Source: an uncultured delta proteobacterium
Lineage (GTDB): Bacteria; Myxococcota; Kuafuiibacteriia; Kuafuiibacteriales; Kuafuiibacteriaceae
Assembly: GCA_963803435.1 (NCBI GenBank)
Contig: CAWDML010000001.1
Coordinates: 2,560,001-2,624,000, forward strand
Reading direction: 5' to 3'
Length of the DNA stretch: 64,000 nt
In this document: in pieces, positions 59,300 to 64,000 of the stretch
Layout: every line of letters starts with the position of its first letter
Numbering within the stretch: the first letter of the stretch is position 1
Position numbers and translations under genes: made by a program
The notes under the pieces: model-generated
The model's database searches: none
What the model saw: the letters and a program-made list of their open reading frames with translations, nothing else
Told to the model about the DNA's origin: nothing

Positions 59300-62258
59300 C
59301 GCGTCCGTTCGCCGAGATGACCCTAGAGATCCGATCGACGAGCTGAAGCGCAGGTCGACGATCCCGATCGCGCCGCTCACGAGCCCGATCGGATCCGAAG
59401 CTCGCGCGCTCGATCCGCGCTACCAACTCTCTTGCGCGTCGCGCGTGAGCCATGCTTTCGTGAGATCGATCGATGAAGTGCGCCCCGAGTGAGCAGCGCC
59501 TTCGGCGGCTGGGGTGATTCGAGGAGAGCACCGGCTACGTCCACCAGAGCATTCGTCTGCTCCCACCGATCGTCCATCGGGGACAGCCTCAACGCCGCTG
59601 CCGCTCGCTCGCTCGCGCCTCGAAGATCACGGCTCGCAGTAGCGAGCTCCTCCAGCGTCGTCTCCACTTCGCGCTGCCAGCCTGGCGTCCAATCCGTCGC
59701 CCGCACGGCCAACCAGGTATGACGGTGGAGTCCGCCCGCTTGGCGGCACGCAGCCTCCAGCGCCCGCACGGCGTCACGCATGCTCGCATGCGTCCTTCGA
59801 TCGATTGCATCCGGCTCGCCGAAGTCGAGCGCAACGAAGGGCGCGCTTCTCATACCGATCAGACGAGAGACCTCTGCATGGACCGTATCCCCGAAACTCG
59901 TCGGCCCTCCCAGCAGATCAGCGAACGCGTTCAACTCGCTTCTCACCGTCTCGAGCTCCCGCGCATCCAGCTCCCACCGCTCCGGAGCCTTCTCTCCGGC
60001 TAGGTGGAACGGGGCCTCGAGCTGTTTCATCACCGCGGCCTTGTTCGCTTGATTCGAGTGGAGCTCCAGGCAGAAGGGCGCCAAACCCACCCTTGCCAGA
60101 CGCTCGTGCACCACGTTGAGCGCAGCCATCTTCTCGGAGACGAACAGAACCGACTTCCCTCGTGCGAGGAGCTGCGTGACCAAGTTGGTAATGGTCTGGC
60201 TCTTTCCGGTGCCTGGTGGGCCCTGGAGAACGAAGGAACTCCCGTCCTCCGCTGCGAGGATCGCCTGGAGCTGACTGGGGTCGGCATCGACGACCGAGAA
60301 TAGTTCTGTCGCGGATCTTGCTGCGTCGAGATCCTCGGACTTCACGATCGGAGCTGCAAGCGGATACGCCGCTCCCTTGCCGTCGAAGACGTGTTTGACC
60401 ACCGGGTTCGCAAGGAGATGCTGCAAGTTGGCTTGCAGATCCTGCCACATCAGAAACTTCGCAAAGGAGAACTCGGCGAGGTACGCAGTCTCCCGTACGT
60501 CCCACCGCTTCTTGTCCTTGATCAGTCGCGTGAAGCGATCGAAAGCCCAACGCACGTCGAGCCCGCTCTCATCTTCCGGGATCTGCTCCAGCTCCGCGGT
60601 ATCGAGCCCGAACTCGGTGCTCAGCTTCTTCAGGAGCGTGACGTTCACGCGCGTTTCGTCCTCGGCGTGCTTGATGCGATAGGTCTGACCTCGATCGGAT
60701 CGTACGAGATCGATAGGCACCAGCATCAGCGGTGCGTGCCGAGGCGCCGCGCTCGACGGCGCTTCGTACCACTCGACCATGCCGACGGCGAGATACAGCG
60801 TGACCGCACCGGTCTCTTCGCGGCTCGTTCGGGATCGCCGATAAAGCTCGAGCATCCGGCGGTCCAAGTCTTCCTCTTCGTGCTCCGTGCGGAGGAGCCC
60901 GCTCGCTTGATCCTCCCGTACCGCGGCACGAATCGGATCCTCTCCTGTCCGTGACTCGTGAAGCGCGGCATCACGCGGATCGAAGCCACTCATGATGGGC
61001 GCACGCGGCATCACGCGCAGCTCTCGACCAGCGGCGAGCACGTCCTCCAGCTTCGGAAGATCCAGGGGACCGAATCGAATGCTCTGCTTGTTCTCCTTGA
61101 AGTTGATCAAGCGGTTCCTGAGCGACAGGTCGAGGAGACGCTCCCGCCATCGATCCAAGCGGGTGTGCGACCGGCTGGCTTGTCCGGGCCTGTCGGATGG
61201 GCGGGGAACGACGACGTCGTCGAGCGACACCGCGGCAGGCCTCGCTGCACCTTCGGACACTGGCCGCGCCAGTCTTTCGGGCGCGAGCTGAAGAGGACGT
61301 ATGCGACTGCGCCTCGCTCGCGCCACGTCCACCGCGAATCGGAAGCGATCGGTCTGTTCGAGGGCGCGATCGGCGATCTCCCTCGCCCTCGAGAACGAAA
61401 CGCCCTGCGCGACCGCCGAGGAGTCGAACACCAGCGCTTCACCGAGACGAACGCGTTTGCTGATGCGCCCGGGATCATCGATCGCCGGCTCGGGAAGAAG
61501 GAACTCCGTCAGCCATACGCCTGGAAAGGCGTGGCCATCGACCACGATCAAAAGCGGATGCAAGCCGACTTGCTCGAGAAGAGCGCCGAAGAGCACCGTC
61601 AGATCCAGGCACGTCGCGAGCTTTCCGTGCACGACCTGCTGTCCCGTTCTGATTTCTGCCCACTGCTCTCGAAGCTCGCCGGTGGATTCGCGTAGGTAAT
61701 GCCGGCGGACTGGACTGCGTGATAGAGCGCCGCAGCGATCGTTGCCGCTCGCTGTGGGTCGCGGCTCTGGTAGCCATCGAGTGCCGAGCTGCCTGTGCTC
61801 TGCTCCAACGCGCGCGCGGCTCGTTGAAGAAGTGGAACCAGCGCCTCGTCGTTCGGCATCACGAACGCAGCGAGGAGTTCCGGCAACGCACCCCCGCCCG
61901 GCCACTCGTTTGGAGCGAGGAGCTCGACGGGAAAGTGCCGCCGCACGAGCTCCGAGCCCCCACTCGCGAGCGCCACCCAGAGGTTCCCGACTTGGCGCTC
62001 GGTGCGCGACAACAACGCGCTCGGTGAGATGGCGAGATCGATCGTGGAGAAGCCATGCGTGTCTCCCGATTCGATCGACTCGATCCGCGCCGACCAAGGC
62101 TCCTCGAACTGCGGATCCACGGTGATGCCCACCGTAAGGTCACGTAGGGGAGCATCCGTCGCGTTGGCCACTGCGAGCCGACGAATGACGGGCACCGCGT
62201 TCTGTTGCGCGGCCAAGTTGATCCGCGTGTCGATGTCCGCTTCGATCCGCACTTCCAT
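59300..62258 (-). pseudogene. DUF4011 SF1 helicase (Hhe-like), frameshifted and C-terminally truncated
   Basis: QQNAVPVI, ITYANPPASF, TCLD..GHAF, RWRERLLDLSLRNRLINF, FSFAKFLMWQDL, QGPPGTGKSQTITN, FVSEKMAAL; shifts ~61655 and ~59490; no DEAxQ or C-terminal helicase motifs seen. Confidence 0.8.
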
Positions 62259-62435
62259 GTCGATGACATCGGAGTGAAGGACCCCGGAGTGCCGATCAAG
62301 ACTGAACATCCGGCGCGTCACGAAGATCGTCTCGGGTTGTCTGCGGCCGTGTGCCGACTACTGTGACGATGTCACCCTGATCTTCAGGACAACTTGAAGG
62401 CAAGTCATTGAAGGGTGACTGTCGCCGAGAACGAG

Positions 62436-64000
62436 ATGAGCGCACCCCATCCCATCCAACGCCGAATGCTGGCCGAGGATCTGGTACGACTACGGCGCGC
62501 CAGCGAGGAGCGCCGCTACGCAACGTCTCAACGCCGCGGTCGAATAGACCCCAATCCACATCAGATCGATGCGGTGGTCTTCGCGCTGCAGCGCATCCGC
62601 GAGGGCGGCTGCATCCTCGCCGACGAGGTCGGGCTCGGCAAGACGATCGAGGCCGGCCTGGTGATCGCGCAGCTGCTCGCCGAGGGTGCCGCGACGCATC
62701 CTGCTCATCACGCCCAAGCCGCTGCTCGGGCAGTGGAAGCACGAGCTGTACACGCTGTTCGGCATCGAAGCCGCGAGGCAGGTGCGAGCTCGGCGCCTTT
62801 CGGGCACCTGGCGTCTACCTCGTCGGCGCGAGGGCGGGCAGCGAGCGCGGCAGCCGCGATCCTGCTCGATGCCGAGCCGTTCGATCTGTGCGTCATCGAC
62901 GAGGCGCACGAGATGTTCGCGGGCATCTACAGGCGCTTCGATCGCGAGGGCATCAAGGACGGAGTCGCGCAGGCGCGCATGGCCGCTCGCGTGCGCAAGG
63001 CTATTCTGCGCCGGCACGGCCGGTCATGTTGCTGACCGCGACGCCGATCCAGAACTCGCTCGCCGAGCTGTGGGGCCTCGTCCATTACGTCGAGCCGACC
63101 GGCGCGTTGTTCGGCGACCTCCGCACGTTCCGCAGGGTCTTCTGCGACGGCGACGATCGAAGCTGCTTCCGGAGCAGGACGACGAGCTGCGACGCAGGCT
63201 CGGCGCGGTCTGCAGCGAACGCTGCGACGTCAGGCGCAGGAGTTCCTGGGCGGCCTTTCGTCGGTCGTCAGGCCAGAGCTTTCGACGTACCGGATGAGCC
63301 CGGAGGAGCGCTCGCTCTACGAGGACGTCACCGCATATCTGCTCGAGCCGAGCCTGCTGCGCCTTCCGCGGCAATCAGCGGCGGCTTCTCCTGATCGGCT
63401 TCCATCGCCGCATGGCGCTCGTCCACCGCGCACTCGCGGCCAGCCTGCGCAAGGTCGCCGAGCGACTCGAGCGCATGCTGCGCGGTAAGTTCGACGAGCG
63501 CGACGTCGAGAAGATCGTCGACGATCTCGACGATGAGGATCTCGGCGACGTCACCGACGAAGTCATCACCTCGGACATTCCGCCCCTCTCGCCGGAACGC
63601 ATCCGAGCCGAGCTGGACCGGGTGCGAAGCTTCATCGCTCGGGCCGAGGCAATTCAGCACGACAGCAAAGCTGCCAAGCTGATCGATGTCGTCGACATCA
63701 TCCGTAAACGCGAGGGTACGTCCCGCAAGGTCGTCATCTTCACCGAGTCGCTGACGACACAGGATCACCTCCGCGAGCTGCTCGTGCGCCATGGGATCCC
63801 AGACGAAGAGATCACACTATTTCGCGGGAACAACGACTCGGCGAGGGCGCTGCAGGCGCTGGAGCGCTGGGCGGTCGAAGAGGAATCGAAAAAACCACCG
63901 CACGCCAGACCCAAGAACAAGAAGGTGCGGCTGCGGCTCGCGCTCGTTCACGAGTTCAAGACGAGGTCGTCGATCTTCATCAGCACCGAGGCGGGAGCCA
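62436..64000 (+). CDS. SNF2-family helicase (RapA/DrmD-like), several frameshifts, runs off the window
   Basis: NPHQIDA, ILADEVGLGKTIEAG, VIDEAH, LLTATPIQNSLAEL, DSK..KVVIFTES, ISTEAGA. Confidence 0.85.

Larger units (their letters stand above)
55194..64000. mobile_element. Integrative element / genomic island (continues beyond the window)
   Basis: att half, integrase, xis, TA pair, ParB and helicase cargo; codon usage less GC3-biased than the backbone. Confidence 0.8.

Overview
High-GC chromosomal window that looks like Myxococcota (MYXO-CTERM-like tail, AgmX/GltG-type TonB C-terminal protein, Hanks kinases, many lipoproteins, sigma54-type promoters). The backbone carries an M16 peptidase, an S9 peptidase, a Ddl-like ligase, ggt, a WYL regulator, a histidine kinase, ftsK, lolA and an aldehyde dehydrogenase. 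The most notable items are: (1) a ~2,490-aa lipoprotein built from ~31 helical repeats with a polybasic tail; (2) an operon of a PEGA Ser/Thr kinase, a TPR-fused TonB-dependent receptor and a triple-repeat lipoprotein, which may be a kinase-based cell-surface signalling system; (3) an IS5-family element with ~65-bp periodic ends and a convergent four-helix-bundle (Avd/23S-IVP-like) passenger gene, present as four relics; (4) an ORFan with cholera-toxin/scabin-like ADP-ribosyltransferase motifs beside a Rep_trans-like mobile fragment; (5) an integrative island from ~55.2 kb to the window end (integrase, xis, PIN/DUF433 TA pair, orphan ParB, truncated DUF4011 helicase, SNF2 helicase), whose tmRNA-like att half is joined to an IS5 relic instead of an ssrA gene. 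Many single-base frameshifts lie in homopolymers and are probably long-read errors. All family calls come from motif recognition by eye; no database searches were run.
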